DNA of 63,890 bases, filler included, from Chiloscyllium plagiosum (GCF_004010195.1; 5 parts of one record of this genome joined end to end with filler, not necessarily neighbours in it), one strand, 5' to 3'; numbered from the whole stretch's first letter, positions 35,065 to 48,524 are shown. Notes: generated by a model from the sequence alone, not told the origin. A program made the numbers and translations.

Positions 35065-37422
35065 GTGCTACAGCGGGCGCACAGAGAGGGGAGCCGGAAG
35101 GTAAGCGGAGACCAGTTTAAATTAACGTTTTTCTTTTCGCAGTCTGTTTTTTTTTTCAACTAGGAGCGGGAACCCGGAAGTCGTCAACAGAGGCTTCTGG
35201 GAAGGTAAGAAGTTTGAGTGGAGAAGGAACCCGAGACACTACACGTGTAGTTTCTCCCACCTTCCCTCCTCCTCTAACCTTAAAATAAAAGGACTCAGTC
35301 GGCTGAACAGGTAAGCTACTTAGTGTTCTTGTTTTGGAGACTAAGTGTAGAGTTATGGCAGTGCAGGCAGTGGAATGTTCCTCCTGCAGGATGTTTGAGG
35401 TAGGGGTGACCACCGATGCTCCTGCCAATTTCACCTGCAGGAAGTGCAGCCAGCTCCAGCTCCTCACAGACTGCGTTAGGGAACTGGAGCTGGAGTTGGA
35501 TGAACTGAGGATTATTCGAGAGGCTGAGAGGGTGATAGATTGAAGCTACAGGGACGTAGTTACGCCAGAGAACAGAGGTAGCTGGGTAACAGTTAGAGGT
35601 GGGAAGGGGAGGAAGCAGGCAGTGCAGGGATCCCCTGTGGTCATTCCCTTCAACAATAAGTATACCGTTTTAGATACTGTTGGGGGGGACAGCCTAGCAG
35701 GGGTAAGCTGCAGTGACCGGGTCTCTGACATGAGGTGCAGCACTGAGGCCCAGAAGGGAAAGTGGGAGAGGTGGAGAGCGCTAGTTGTAGGAGACTCTAT
35801 AGTTAGAGGGACAGACAGGCGGTTCTGTGGACATGGGCGAGACTTTCGGATGGTTTGTTGCCTCCCGGATGCCAGGGTCCGAGAAGTCTCGGACCATGTC
35901 TTCAGAATCCTTAAGGGGGAGGGTGTGCAGCCAGAAGTCGTGGTGCACATTGGCACCAACGGCATAGGTAGGAAGAGGGGTGCGGAGGTCATTCAGGAGC
36001 TCAGGGAGTTAGGATGGAAGCTAAAAGCTAGGACGGACAGAGTCGTCATCTCTGNNNNNNNNNNNNNNNNNNNNNNNNNNNNNNNNNNNNNNNNNNNNNN
36101 NNNNNNNNNNNNNNNNNNNNNNNNNNNNNNNNNNNNNNNNNNNNNNNNNNNNNNNNNNNNNNNNNNNNNNNNNNNNNNNNNNNNNNNNNNNNNNNNNNNN
36201 NNNNNNNNNNNNNNNNNNNNNNNNNNNNNNNNNNNNNNNNNTGTGGAGAAGGTAGCACTGACAGAGAATACTTGCGGACACAGAGATGGGCTCAAGTGTG
36301 TATACGTCAACGCAAGGAGTATCAGAACTAAGGTGGGTGAACTTAAGGTGTGGATTGGTACTTGGCACTATGATGTTGTGGCCATCACGGAAACGTGGAT
36401 AGAAGAGGGACAGGAATAGTTGTTGGAGGTTCCTGGTTACAGATGTTTCAGTAAGATTAGGAAGGGTGGCGTTGCTAATTACAAATGGTATAACATCTGC
36501 AGAAAGGCAGTTCAAGGGGGATCTGTCTTTGGAGGTAGAATGGGTTGAAGTCAGAAATAGGAAAGGAGCAGTCACCTTGTTGGGTATTTACTATTGGCTC
36601 CCCAATAGCAGCAGAGATGTGGAGAAACAGATTGGGAAACAGATTTTGGAAAGGTGCAGAAGCCACAGGGTAGTAGTCATGGGCGATTTCAACTTCCCAA
36701 ATATTGATTGGAAGCTCTTTAGATCAAGTAGATTGGATGGGGCGGTGTTTGTGCAGTGTGTCCAGGAAGCTTTTCTAACTCAGTATGTAGATTGTCTGAC
36801 CAGAGGGGAGGCCATACTGGATTTAGTACTTGGTAACGAACTGGGATAAGTGATGGGCTTGTTCGTGGGTGAGCATTTTGGTGATGGTGACCACAATTCT
36901 GTGACTTTCACTTTGGTTATGGAGAGAGATAGGTGCGTACAACAGGGTAGGTTTTACAATTGGGGGAAGGGTAAATACGATGCTGCAAGACAGGATCTGA
37001 GGAGCATAAATTGGGAGCACAGGTTTTCAGGGAAGGATGTCGTTGAAATGTGGAACTTTTTCAAGGAACAGATACGATGTGTCTTTGATATGTATGTACC
37101 GGTCAGGCAGGAAAGAGATGGTGTGAGGGAAGCTTGGTTGACGAGGGAGGTTGAATGTCTTCTAAGGAGGAAGAAGGAGGCTTACATAAGGTTGAGGAAA
37201 CAAGGTTCAGACAGAGTGTTGGAGGGATACAGGAGAGCCAGGAGGGAGCTGAAGAAAAGGATTAGGAGAGCTAAGAGAGGGCATGAAAAATCTTTGGCGG
37301 GTAGGATCAAGGATAACCCCAAGGCCTTTTATGCGTATGTGAGAAACATGAGAATGACGAGAACGAGGATAGGTCTGATCAAGGACAGTAGTGGGAGACT
37401 GTGTATTGAGTCGGAAGAGATA
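35065..37422 (+). mobile_element. CR1 LINE 5' portion (5' UTR, ORF1, ORF2 endonuclease/linker) with an internal gap, ending at a gap
   Basis: ORFs 35334-35543 (CSSC..CRKC..VRELELELDEL), 35622-36054 (esterase), 36466-36849 and 36850-37422 (APE/linker). Confidence 0.92.
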
Positions 37423-37522
37423 NNNNNNNNNNNNNNNNNNNNNNNNNNNNNNNNNNNNNNNNNNNNTTAATTAATTAANNNNNNNNNNNNNNNNNNNNNN
37501 NNNNNNNNNNNNNNNNNNNNNN

Positions 37523-38345
37523 CATCATCCTTAAACACTTCCGCCAACTCCAACTAGACCCCACCACAAAAAGATCTCCCTGCTCGCACCCTTCTCTGCC
37601 TTCCGCAAGGAATGTTGCCTTCGGCAGTACTTGATTTGTGCCACTTTCCCCACCAACCCCCCCCGCCTACCTTCCTCTGCAACCAGAAAAGATGCACCAC
37701 TTCATCCGCCTCCATCCAGGGCCCCAAGCAGTCCTTCCAGGTGAGACAGGGTTCACCTGCCTCTCTTCCAACCCAGCTCTAGACGTGGTCTTCTCTATAC
37801 CAGGGAGACTAAACGTTAACGTAGGGAATGGTTCAACTAGCATCTCAGCTGGGCGGACCTTCCTGTCACCGCCCATTTTAATTTCTCTTCCCACTCCCTT
37901 TCAACATGACCATCCTTGGCCTCCTCCATTGCCACAACGAACCCAACTGCAAATTGGAGAAACCACACCTCATGTTCTGCCTGGCAGCTGACAGTCTGGA
38001 GGACTCAACCTTGAGTTCTCCAATTTCAAATAACCCCCCTTCTCATCCCCTGACTCCATCCCCAGCCCCTCCCCCTCCCCCCTCCCCCTCCCTTCCACTC
38101 CTCCCAGCCACCTAGCGGATTAATTCCTCTCATTGACCAACCAGGTCGTACCCTCTGCCTGTCTTCACCACCCTGCCCCCGCCACCCCTTTTGTCTGCAG
38201 CTCCCCCCACACCCACCTCCAGCCCTGAAGAAGGATGACACCTGAAACATCAACTTCTCCACCTCCTGATGCTGCCTGGCTTGCTGTGTTCTTCCAGCCT
38301 CCTACTTGTCTACTTTGGATTCCAGCATCAACAGTTTTTTTTTTG
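37523..38345 (+). mobile_element. PLE 3' portion: GIY-YIG remnant plus pLTR with decayed hammerhead (38225-38252)
   Basis: IQGPKQSFQVRQGFTCLSSN..LY..GETKR, C-rich tract, then ctgaagaaggatgacacctgaaacatc..gatgctgcctg..ccagcatc. Confidence 0.8.
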
Positions 38346-38648
38346 TTTCTAACGAACTGCCTGTAGCTGGTGAAAACGATACACATTCAATTGGGTGCCC
38401 TTTTAACTTTCCGTCTATAAGATCAGCGTGTAGATTTGGTGCATTACAATGAATGGTTCCACTTCTAAATTGTTACAGATTTTCCCATTTGCTAGACTGA
38501 GGTCAGTAGATTTGAAAACTCACCATTCCTCTGCAGAGATGCAGAGACATCAACATTTAGATACAATAGTTTGCTGAATCAGTGAGATTGCTGCTAAGAG
38601 TCCATATCTAATCCCCTGTACCAATGGCACACTGTGGCTGCAGAGTGT

Positions 38649-38944
38649 GGGCGGCACGTTGGCACAGTGGTTAGCACTGCTGCCTCACAGCGCCAGAGAC
38701 CTGGGTTCAATTCCCGCCTCAGGCAACTGTCTGTGTGGAGTTTGCACATTCTCCCTGTGTCTACATGGGTTTCCTCCGAGTGCTCTGGTTTCCTCCTACA
38801 GTCCAAAAATGTGCTAAGTTGCCCATAGTGTTAGGCGAAGGGGTAAATGTAGGGGAATGGGTCCGGGTGGGTTGCTCTTCGGAGGGTCGGTATGGACTTG
38901 TTGGGCCGAAGGGCCTGTTTCCACACCTAAGTAATCTAATCTAA
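38649..38944 (+). mobile_element. HE1-type V-SINE
   Basis: A/B boxes, V-domain, (AATCT)n tail. Confidence 0.92.
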
Positions 38945-38949
38945 AAAAA

Positions 38950-39990
38950 AAATATATTGCAGAATTATTTCCAGAAGACACTTGATAAGATGCCACATAA
39001 AAGATTATTGCACAAGATAGGAACTCATGGCACTGGATGTAATGAATTATCATGGATAAAGAGATTGGTTAACACACAGAAGACAAAAAGTTGGGATTAA
39101 TAAGTCTTTCTCAGGTTGGAAAGACACAGTAAATAATTTATGTGTCCGGACAGTGCCTTGCAGCTTTTTACCTTCTACTTATATTAATGATTTGGAGGAG
39201 GGGACAAAGAATAATATATCCGACTTTGCTGATGCATGTTGAGAAGGGAACATAAGGAATCTGCAAAGGAATGTAGACAGATTGGTGACTGAGCCAAAAC
39301 TTGGGAGACGGAATTTATAGGAGATAAGTAGGAAGAATCAAAAGGCAGGCTGATTATATGTAGAGAGAGACTCCAAAAAAGGATAGGATAGATTGGTCTT
39401 GGTGTTCTTGTGCATGAAACACAAAAGTTAATAAGCAGGTTTAGCAACCAATTAAAGCAGCAATTGGAATTTTGGCTATTTTTGTAGGGGATTGGAGTGT
39501 AAAAAACGGAAGGACCTACTGAGCTTCTCCAGCAGTTTCTGTTTTTGTTTACCAACCTGATTCCTGGAATTAAAGAGTTGACTTGTCAAAAATGACTAAA
39601 CAGGTTAGACTTTATGCATTCAGAGTTTAGAAGAATGAAGTGTTATCTTGCTAAAACATACAAGATCCTGAGGTGCTTGACAGCATAAATGTTGACAAAA
39701 TGTTTTCATGAGTTGGGGTATCTCAAACTAGGGGCACTGTTACAAAATAAAAGGAGATACTCATTTAGAATTGCGATGTAAAAGAATTTCTTCCCCCAGA
39801 GGATAGTAAATGTTTGGAATTCTCTGCTTCAGAGAATTGTGGAGGCTAGATCACTGCAAACACTTAAAAAGAATAGATAAATTTTAGAACTATCATAGTG
39901 TTGAGGGCTATGAGGAACTGACACAAAAGAAGAAGTGAGGCTTGGGGAAGATCAGCTGTGATCCCATAGAATTGTGGGGCAGACCTGAAG
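38950..39990 (+). mobile_element. Old degraded CR1 RT and 3' region
   Basis: atattaatgatttggaggag (YINDLEE), tttgctgatg (FAD), gagtttagaagaatga and CR1-like 3' UTR. Confidence 0.7.
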
Positions 39991-40514
39991 GGCAAACTAC
40001 AGCCCTGATGGATGCCCAGTCTTGAGTTGCTGGGTCTGTCTCATTTCGCATGTTAATGTCAATGAGGACTGATAAAAGATTCCGACCTGAAACATCGATT
40101 CCCATCCTCTAATGCTGCTTGAACTGCTGTGCTTTTTCCAGCTCTACTCTTTATCCAAGCAGCAGAAGGTTACCTTGCCCATGTTTGTCTTGATGGCATG
40201 AGAGGACTTCCAGAACAATTCCCTTCTGATTGTATACTAGCCACCACTTCTGATTAGTCAGTTCTTCAGGTGAGATATGGCATCAGTATGGGGCGTGGTG
40301 GTGTCTTGGACATGGTGCTTAAAGTGATTCCATGTGTATGACTATTTCAGGCTGTTATTTGGCGTCAGCCCACTGATGGTCAGAAGGAGGACTTTGCAAA
40401 TCAACAGAGCAGCGTTTGCCGTTGTCATTTCCAGTACCTTGGTTGATGACTGATGGTCCACCTGGTTTCATTTCTTTTCTTTGAGACTTTCTACTTGTTG
40501 ATCCAATTGAATTG

Positions 40515-40762
40515 CTTTCTCGGCCATTTAAGAGACAGCTACGTTGCTGTTGGTCTTTCCAGACCAGGTAAGAATTGCAGTCTTTTTTCCCCTAAAGAGC
40601 CTGATGTTTTTTTTTATGACAATGGTTTTATTTAATTTAATTTTAATTCTAGATTTTTATTGAGTTCAAAACACACCATCTGTGGTGGGATTTGAATCCT
40701 GGTCTTCAGAAAATTACCCGAGCCTTTGGTTTGCTCGTCCAGCAATAATACCACGAGGCTAT
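40515..40762 (-). mobile_element. tRNA-derived SINE of a second, non-HE1 family (partial)
   Basis: Minus-strand B-box-like ggattcaaatccc and A-box-like ggtattattgc; internal region homologous to about 59480-59655. Confidence 0.55.
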
Positions 40763-41174
40763 CTCTCCACAGATGCTGCTACACCTGTTGACTATTTGCA
40801 ACATTTTCTATTTTATCTGTTTTCTAAACAATTCTTTAAGATTGCCGCTTGCTTAGTTCAGACCAAGGGAAATTATATTCTTGTTCCAAGTCTCCATGTT
40901 TGCTTTGACAAAACCAACTCCCAAATATGGATGATAGTTTTGCTTTGGATTTAGAATTCTGAGTCTACAATTTTGCTGTTGAGGTAATGAAACCAGTTTT
41001 AGCAACGTTTTCTTCTTTCACAATAAGACATCGGCAAAACATTCCTTTTTTGTTTTGGGCACATAAAGAATTATGTTGACCTTCCCAGTAGTTTTCCTTT
41101 TAAATTAAATATTAAGACCAAAACATTTTTGTTTCTAACAATACACTACAACATGCAACATCCAGATTCATGTG

Positions 41175-41306
41175 TAGGACCAAATTACTGCAGATACTGA
41201 AATCTGTACTCAATGACTCTGATGAAGAGTCATCTAGACTCAAAACATTAGCTTGCTTTCCATGGGCTTGCTGCCTGACCTGCTGTGATCTCCAGCATTT
41301 GTTGTT
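41175..41306. mobile_element. PLE-derived mini-insertion with hammerhead remnant, about 14-bp TSD
   Basis: Short antisense arm, then ctgatgaaGAGTCatctaGACTCaaaacatt (G12 mutated). TSD tccagattcatgtg at 41161-41174 and tccagatgcatgtg at 41307-41320. Confidence 0.75.
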
Positions 41307-41431
41307 TCCAGATGCATGTGGCTTTTTAAAATGACTCTGCCAATACTGTTCTTTGTGAACTTTTTAAATCAAAACCAGTTAAATTATAAATTTTGCAATG
41401 GACAGTAATAAGTGGCTATTTTACTTGATAT

Positions 41432-42060
41432 TGTTATAGACCAGGCCAGACCCCCTCAAAACATTTCAAGAAAGTAGCCCAGACCCCAACTTTTCAAGTT
41501 GTTTTGAACAGGTTTAAAGTGGATATTCCAGGAGTGATGTAGCTGGTCAAAACCACTCGGTTTTAAACAAAGCAGAATTTCTTTACAGAGTACTGAATGA
41601 AACACAAAAGAGAACAGAATACAGAATAACTTAACCTATTCTGAAAACCTAACAGACTACCCCAATTTAATGATGCTGTTCCAAATTCCTGCAACAATCC
41701 TCATAAATACCCCTTGGCAAAATAGGTTAAATCATCCAGGGTCCTACAGGAGAGATGCCAGAGCGAGGGATGTCAGAGAGATCCTGCATGGAACGCCTTC
41801 TTCCATGTAGCTATTTCTTTGACCAGTGGCCTAAACAAAAACTAACTAGCAGCTCTGAACAGACAGACCACCAAAACCAAACCAAACCAGAGAAAAGCTG
41901 AGCTGTGAGAACTGGCCACTCTCTTTTCATTGTATAAGTTATTTTTTTTAAACTTAAAGCTTCTTCAAGTAGATAAATGCAGACAAAATGGAACCTCTGT
42001 CTTTATGATCCCTCTAAAAAAAACCTAAGGCCAACCTAATCTTGTTAAATGAGCACTACA
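41432..42060 (-). mobile_element. Solo LTR (Gypsy-like), about 630 bp
   Basis: TGTTATAG...CACTACA termini with near-identical 4-bp flanks atat/atac; partly duplicated in inverted orientation at 44123-44588. Confidence 0.6.
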
Positions 42061-44588
42061 ATACCAAGAACTTAGTATATCAGATGTCACAACATTCTGA
42101 ATTATTTTGGCACATTGGTTGCCTTTTTTTAAAATCTGGAAACAATTTGAATGGTTATTCAGCTTATGTATAAAAAGTAATCAGCAGGTTCATATTTGAT
42201 ACTCATTACTGACCTCACCTTCATGTTGAATTACATAGAGCATACATTGACAAAGTACAGTTGAACAGATACACACAATATTTATGCTCCACAGGAGCCT
42301 CCTCTGTGGTTCATCAATCCTGTCAGCTCAACCTATTCTTTTCTTTCTTGTGTGCTTATCTAACTTGACCTTGGTTCCTTAAGTTCTTGGCATGCAAACA
42401 CATGACAGTACAAATACAGACTAGATTGTTATCCTGTTTGTTATCACCATGCACTGAAGAATCTTATTGCAAAAACACACCTGAAGCGTGCAACCAGAAT
42501 GAAATGAAAAATCGCATAAAAAATCATTGGCAAGGGAGTTTTACTAAGCTTTTGGAGGTGGAAGAGAAAGCTGGAAGATTGGAAAAACCGATTGATTTGC
42601 TGATGTACTCTAGCAGCTTTTCTTGGTAAATAAGGAAATCGGGAAACCTGGCTGTGCAGGGAGGTGGTTGAAGTCATTTAAGAAGGTAATTAGAAAGGTT
42701 TTTCCGAATTAAATTCCTCATTCTCAACAGTGGAGAAGTGTCGCAGTCTGTTTCCAACCTGATTTGAAAGAAAGTGAATGCACAGTAGGAGGGACTGTCT
42801 CAGCAAAACTGAGAAGTTGTGAAGGCTGAGAGGCTGCAGAAATGGCGAGGTTGCGAAATTGTTTTGAAAAGCGTTCCTTTGTCAGAGAGTGCTGTTGCTG
42901 CTTGACAGGTGATTGGCTGCACCTTTGAGGGTATTTCATCCATCCAGAACTTCACCGTTCCATTTTCCTGTATTCAGCCTTCAGGGTCATGGGGAGCAGC
43001 TATGCTGCTGCACACCTCTCCTTGCTGAGGTTTTACAGTAAGCAGCTTTCCAATGCAACACACTTCAAAAAGTAGCACTGGTGCCACACAAACACACCCA
43101 TACAGAGGCACAGTGGTTCAACACTGAGAAACAGGTGATAAAAGTCAAGACCTCCAATATAGGATTTGTATGTTATCCCAATTTATGCAAGTATAAACAG
43201 TTAAGGAGGTTCAGCTAGGCATTGCTGCTGTCATCTAAATCAACATGGTGCAAGAACACCTACTCAGTGGACCAGTGACATAGCCAGTGGCCAACAAGGT
43301 GTCTGTGCCATTATCCCAGTTGATACTATTGCTGGACCAGTCAGGCCTCAGATTGCAATCTGGAATTATAGAGCATACTTTCAATTTCTTTGGCTATAAC
43401 AGGGTGGTCTTTCACTAAAATATGCTTTGAATATGGGTTTAACAATAATACAGAAGATAAATAAATGAAAAGAAAAAAGAATAAACCAAATTATTAAATA
43501 AAACTCACAATTAAAGATTTCTAATTACATGCTAATGAGCCAGGCCAGGTGGTAGAAGTTGCGGTGGGGGATTTGTTTGGGGACAGTGACCACAATTCTG
43601 TAAGTTTTAGAATACTCATAGACAAGGATTAAGGGAAGAGTACTAAACAGGGCCAAGGCATTGGACACAGCTGTTTGCACACTTCTGGTGTGTTTTTGCA
43701 ATAAGAAGTACTGCAAGGTTCTTCAGAGCATGCTGATAACAAACAGGATAACAACAATCTAGTCTGTATTTGTACTGTCATGTGTTTGCATGCCAAGAAC
43801 TTAAGGAACCAAGGTCAAGCTAGATAAGCACACAAGAAAGAAAAGAATAGGTTGAGCTGACAGGATTGATGAACCACAGAGGAGGCTCCTGTGGAGCATA
43901 AATATTGTGGATTGCTGTTCAACTGTACTTTGTCAATGTATGCTCTATGTAATTCAACATGAAGGTGAGGTCAGTAATGAGTATCAAATATGAACCTGCT
44001 GATTACTTTTTATACATAAGCTGAATAACCATTCAAATTGTTTCCAGATTTTAAAAAAAGGCAACCAATGTGCCAAAATAATTCAGAATGTTGTGACATC
44101 TGATATACTAAATTCTTGGTATTGTAGTGCTCATTTAACAAGATTAGGTTGGCCTTAGGTTTTTTTTAGAGGGATCATAAAGACAGAGGTTCCATTTTGT
44201 CTGCATTTATCTACTTGAAGAAGCTTTAAGTTTAAAAAAAATAACTTATACAATGAAAAGAGAGTGGCCAGTTCTCACAGCTCAGCTTTTCTCTGGTTTG
44301 GTTTGGTTTTGGTGGTCTGTCTGTTCAGAGCTGCTAGTTAGTTTTTGTTTAGGCCACTGGTCAAAGAAATAGTTACATGGAAGAAGGTGTTCCATGCAGG
44401 ATCTCTCTGACATCCCTCTCTCTGGCATCTCTCCTGTAGGACCCTGGATGATTTAACCTATTTTGCCAAGGGGTATTTATGAGGATTGTTGCAGGAATTT
44501 GGAACAGCATCATTAAATTGGGGTAGTCTGTTAGGTTTTCAGAATAGGTTAAGTTATTCTGTATTCTGTTCTCTTTTGTGTTTCATTC
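41595..44588. repeat. About 900-bp inverted duplication (arms 41595-42497 and 43671-44588)
   Basis: Right arm is the reverse complement of the left with scattered substitutions and small indels; it ends at an assembly gap. Confidence 0.9.
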
Positions 44589-44688
44589 NNNNNNNNNNNN
44601 NNNNNNNNNNNNNNNNNNNNNNNNNNNNNNNNTTAATTAATTAANNNNNNNNNNNNNNNNNNNNNNNNNNNNNNNNNNNNNNNNNNNN

Positions 44689-45196
44689 TGAGGGAGTGCA
44701 GCGTAGGTTCACAAGGTCAATTCCTGGAATGGCGGGACTACCTTACGCTGAAAGACTGGAGCGACTGGGCTTGTATACCCTTGAGTTTAGAAGACTGAGA
44801 GGGGATCTGATTGAGACATATAAGATTATTAAAGGATTGGACACTCTGGAGACAGGAAACATGTTTCCGCTGATGGGTGAGTGCCGAACCAGAGGACACA
44901 GCTTAAAAATACGGGGTAGACCATTTAGGACAGAGATAAGGAGAAACATCTTCACCCAGAGAGTGGTGGCTGTGTGGAATGCTCTGCCCCAGAGGGCAGA
45001 GGAGGCCCAGTCTCTGGATTCATTTAAGAACAAGTTGGATAGAGCTCTCCAGGATAGTGGAATCAAGGGTTATGGAGATAAGGCAGGAACAAGATAGTGA
45101 TTAAGGATAATCATTCATGATCATATTGAATGGTGATGCAGGCTCGAAGGGCAGAATGGCCTACTCCTGCACCTAATGTCTACTGTCTATTGTCTA
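44689..45196 (+). mobile_element. Young CR1 3' end
   Basis: Intact ORF 44696-45097 (QRRFTR..LEFRRLRGDLIETYKII..FTQRVVAVWNALP) and tail gtctactgtctattgtcta. Confidence 0.92.
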
Positions 45197-45545
45197 AAGT
45201 CCATATAGCCAACAGCTACTATTCTGCCTTCAATCTCCTTTGTCACATCTTCAAAAAACTCAATCAAGTTAATGAGTCACAATTTCCCATGCACAAAGTC
45301 ATGTTGACTATCCCTAATCAGTCCTTGTCTTTCCAAATGCATGTAAATCTTGTCTCTCAGAATACCTTCCACCACTGACTTCAGACTCACCAGTCGATCG
45401 TTCCCTAGTTTTTCCTTACCACTTTTCTTGCATAATGACACCACGATAGCTATCCCCCATTCTTCTGGCACCCACGCCATGGCTGTGGATGATACAGAGA
45501 TCTCAGCTAAGGGCCCAGGGATCTCTTCCCTAGCTTCCCACAAAA
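45197..45545 (-). mobile_element. CR1 RT-start fragment
   Basis: ILWEAREEIPGPL..LERQGLIRDSQHDFVHGK (ORF 45277-45552). Confidence 0.85.
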
Positions 45546-46142
45546 TTTTCACAAAGTGGGAGAAGTGGCATCAGGATTATAGATCCAACTCTCGGCAAAA
45601 TGGGATCTGTACCTTTGTAACAGTCTCCATCTGAACCATTCTGGCATCAGTGCTCTTGTGAAATGTATAATTATGGACAAAGTGAGGTTTTCAAACTCAA
45701 CAGTGGGAGGGTAGGAATTAAATTCTGAAAGATGTGGTAAGTCAAACAGTAAGGCCATGCAACAAAAATATTAATGCAAGAAATGAGTAACAAACCATGT
45801 TAAGCAGGGGTAGAGATTATGGATCTGAAGATCTTGGACATTCAGAATACTGTTGGAGACTAAGAACCTGCTGTACCAGATGCAGAAAACTTGTCTCTAC
45901 ACAGCCATCAGTGACAGAATTAACCTAGAGAGGAAGGCAATGCCAGAGGCCTTCAGTGGGCTGAAACGAAAGATGGAAGAGTTCATCCATGTTCTCACTG
46001 CTGTGGTGGTGCTAGCATGCTTCCATCCTGGAAAGGGTAACCAATGCTTCAGACATCAGGGTCCAACAGATAGCTGACTTGCTGCTGGATATGTGCTGAG
46101 ACATGCACTCCTTCACTTTAGCCATGTGTTCTCAGCATCAAT

Positions 46143-46276
46143 AAAGAGAAAGTGAGGACTGCAGGGAGAACTTGAACTACCCACAACCTAATGAAGAGGT
46201 CATGCTCAAAATGTTGACTCTCCTGCTCCTCGGATGCTGCCTGACCAGCTGTGCTTTTCCAGCACCACATTTTTTG
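46143..46276. mobile_element. PLE-derived mini-insertion with decayed hammerhead, about 15-bp TSD
   Basis: gagaaagtgaggactgcag antisense stub, then cctaatgaagaggtcatgctcaaaatgttga..ggatgctgcctgacc. TSD gttctcagcatcaat at 46128-46142 and gttcttagcatcaat at 46277-46291. Confidence 0.75.
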
Positions 46277-47280
46277 GTTCTTAGCATCAATGGCAAGGTA
46301 AGAGAGGTCAAGATCATTCGGACCTATTTCAGGGATCCTTTCTTCTTAAGGAGACAAGGGAGAGCTGGCTGGAACCCACAGGGAGGTGAAACGACACTGG
46401 CAGCTTCTTTTCAGGATACTCCAGTGGTGTCTTGCCACACCTTCAAGCCCCCCCCCACCTCCCAACTCCCAACTCTGTGATTCTAGCAGTTCCGGCTGAG
46501 CTGCAAAAGTGCCAATGCAAGACATTCTTGGCAGATTGAAGCCTTCTAGTCGCAGAGTTCCCAGGGGACGCCATCAAAAAGTCTTCAAACTTACTAGGGG
46601 TATAGTCACCAGGCTACCCCAGCCCATCTCTGGACGTTATGTTTGAACCTAAACATAGCAGGAGGCAGAGGGAAAAGAAAACCATCTGAGGGCATATTGT
46701 ACACTGGTATACAATTGTTGCATATAATCTGTAATCATTGTGTATAATCTGTCCTGCTGACTGTAATCACACCCTTAGCTAACGAATATAAGGAGGCTTA
46801 TCCCAAGACTTGAACTACCCACATCCTTGATGACACCATTGACAGACTCCAAAAATGCCCCAACGTAAGTATGACCCATGTACCCCTCAATATATTGATT
46901 GCAGCTCATCCCCCGGACTGCATGCATACAATAATCATGATTGACTGACTTGCAAGGTCTGGATTTATTTTACTCAACTTCCAAGAAAGCTTGTAACTCA
47001 AACCCAGACTTATTGATCATAGCCACCCACCCCCTGTTTTGTTTGTGGTTCACTGGAATAAATAGAGAGCATGAGGTAGATGGAGGGTAAACTTGAACAG
47101 GGAATACTTTATTGTGTGTACTCTCAGCTTCACAGACTGTCTCCTCTAGCTCAAACTCTGGGGTCACCCCTAACCAGCCCTTTACAAGGAGCAACATACA
47201 CCCAGGCTAGAAATAGCCCAGCTCCTAATTGTGGCAGTACTGCCTGCCTGACTAGAGTCCACTCCTGTCCTTTCACTCAA

Positions 47281-47580
47281 TGTCATATTCCTTATACACA
47301 TATTATGCTTTTGCTGCATAAAATGTCGGCACTTATACCAATTCTGATGTTGATACAGCACTATGAACAGTGATATGTATCTTCCCACTCACTTTCACAT
47401 TAATAGAACATAGAACATAGAACATAGAACTGTCATATTCCTTATACACATATTATGCTTTTGCTGCATAAAATGTCGGCACTTATACCAATTCTGATGT
47501 TGATACAGCACTATGAACAGTGATATGTATCTTCCCACTCACTTTCACATTAATAGAACATAGAACATAGAACATAGAAC
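47281..47580. repeat. Exact 150-bp tandem duplication (probable assembly artefact)
   Basis: 47281-47430 is identical to 47431-47580 and straddles a CR1 tail junction. Confidence 0.9.
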
Positions 47581-48003
47581 AATACAGCACAGAACAGGCC
47601 CTTCGGCCCACGATGTTGTGCCGAACTTCTAACCTAGATTAAGTACCCATCCATGTACCTACCCAAATGCCGCTTAAAGGTCGCCAATGACTCCGACTCT
47701 ACCACTCCCACGGGCAGCGCATTCCATGCCCCAACACTCTCTGGGTAAAGATCCCACCCCTGACATCTCCCCTATACCTTCCACCCTTCACCTTAAATTT
47801 ATATCCCCTTGTAAGATTCTGTTGTACCCGGGGAAAAAGTTTCTGACTGTCTACTCTATCTATTCCTCTGATCATCTTATAAACCTCTATCAAGTCACCC
47901 CTCATCCTTCGCCGTTCCAACGAGAAAAGGCCGAGAACTCTCAACCTATCCTCGTACGACTTCCTCTCCATTCCAGGCAACATCCTGGTAAATCTTCTCT
48001 GCA
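47554..48003 (-). mobile_element. Young CR1 3' end with (TTCTATG)n tail
   Basis: ORF 47699-48003 part (QRRFTRMLPGME..GIFTQRV); same subfamily as 1-268. Confidence 0.92.
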
Positions 48004-48524
48004 AAGCAGAGAAATGACATCCAGTGAGAGTGAGTAGACTGTTGTTGGGATGAGGTGAAGGAGCCTCTTGGCAAAACCACATCGTCTCCAACCTCATCCG
48101 TGTTGGCAGATGTCGTTGGTGATGGTGGGGAGGGCTAATGGAGGGGGGGGTGAAGAGGAGGAACTCAAGCGGCTGCTGCCTGCACCTGTCTTCAAAGGGA
48201 CCACTTTCAAGAAGAGGTGGTGAGCTTTGCACCCAAGAGAGCATCACGAGGAGAGATCAGGGGCTTGTCCACACTTCCACCCACTTCCCCCTTGGCTCAA
48301 AGCTGAAGGCACTTGCTGAGATGCAAGTCCCTCAGTGCTGCCAGACTTCAAAATTCCTTTGGAGCTGCTTCTTGGGAGCTTTTTCTGACAGTCAAGTTCC
48401 CACCTCAAATCATGCTCTCGTCTGTGCTCAGCAGAAACCAGTTTCCAAGACGGGACCAGTTATCCGCATCAAGTGCAAACACTTACCTGTTCTACCTCAG
48501 GAAGGTTGACTTCAACTGTGCCAC

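Noticed and set aside
35195..35280. HDV-like ribozyme in the CR1 5' UTR
   Set aside because: Could not build the nested double pseudoknot; no P1.1 GG after the candidate P1
47281..47580. Exact 150-bp tandem repeat
   Set aside because: Zero divergence, read-length size and position at a repeat junction point to an assembly or gap-closing artefact
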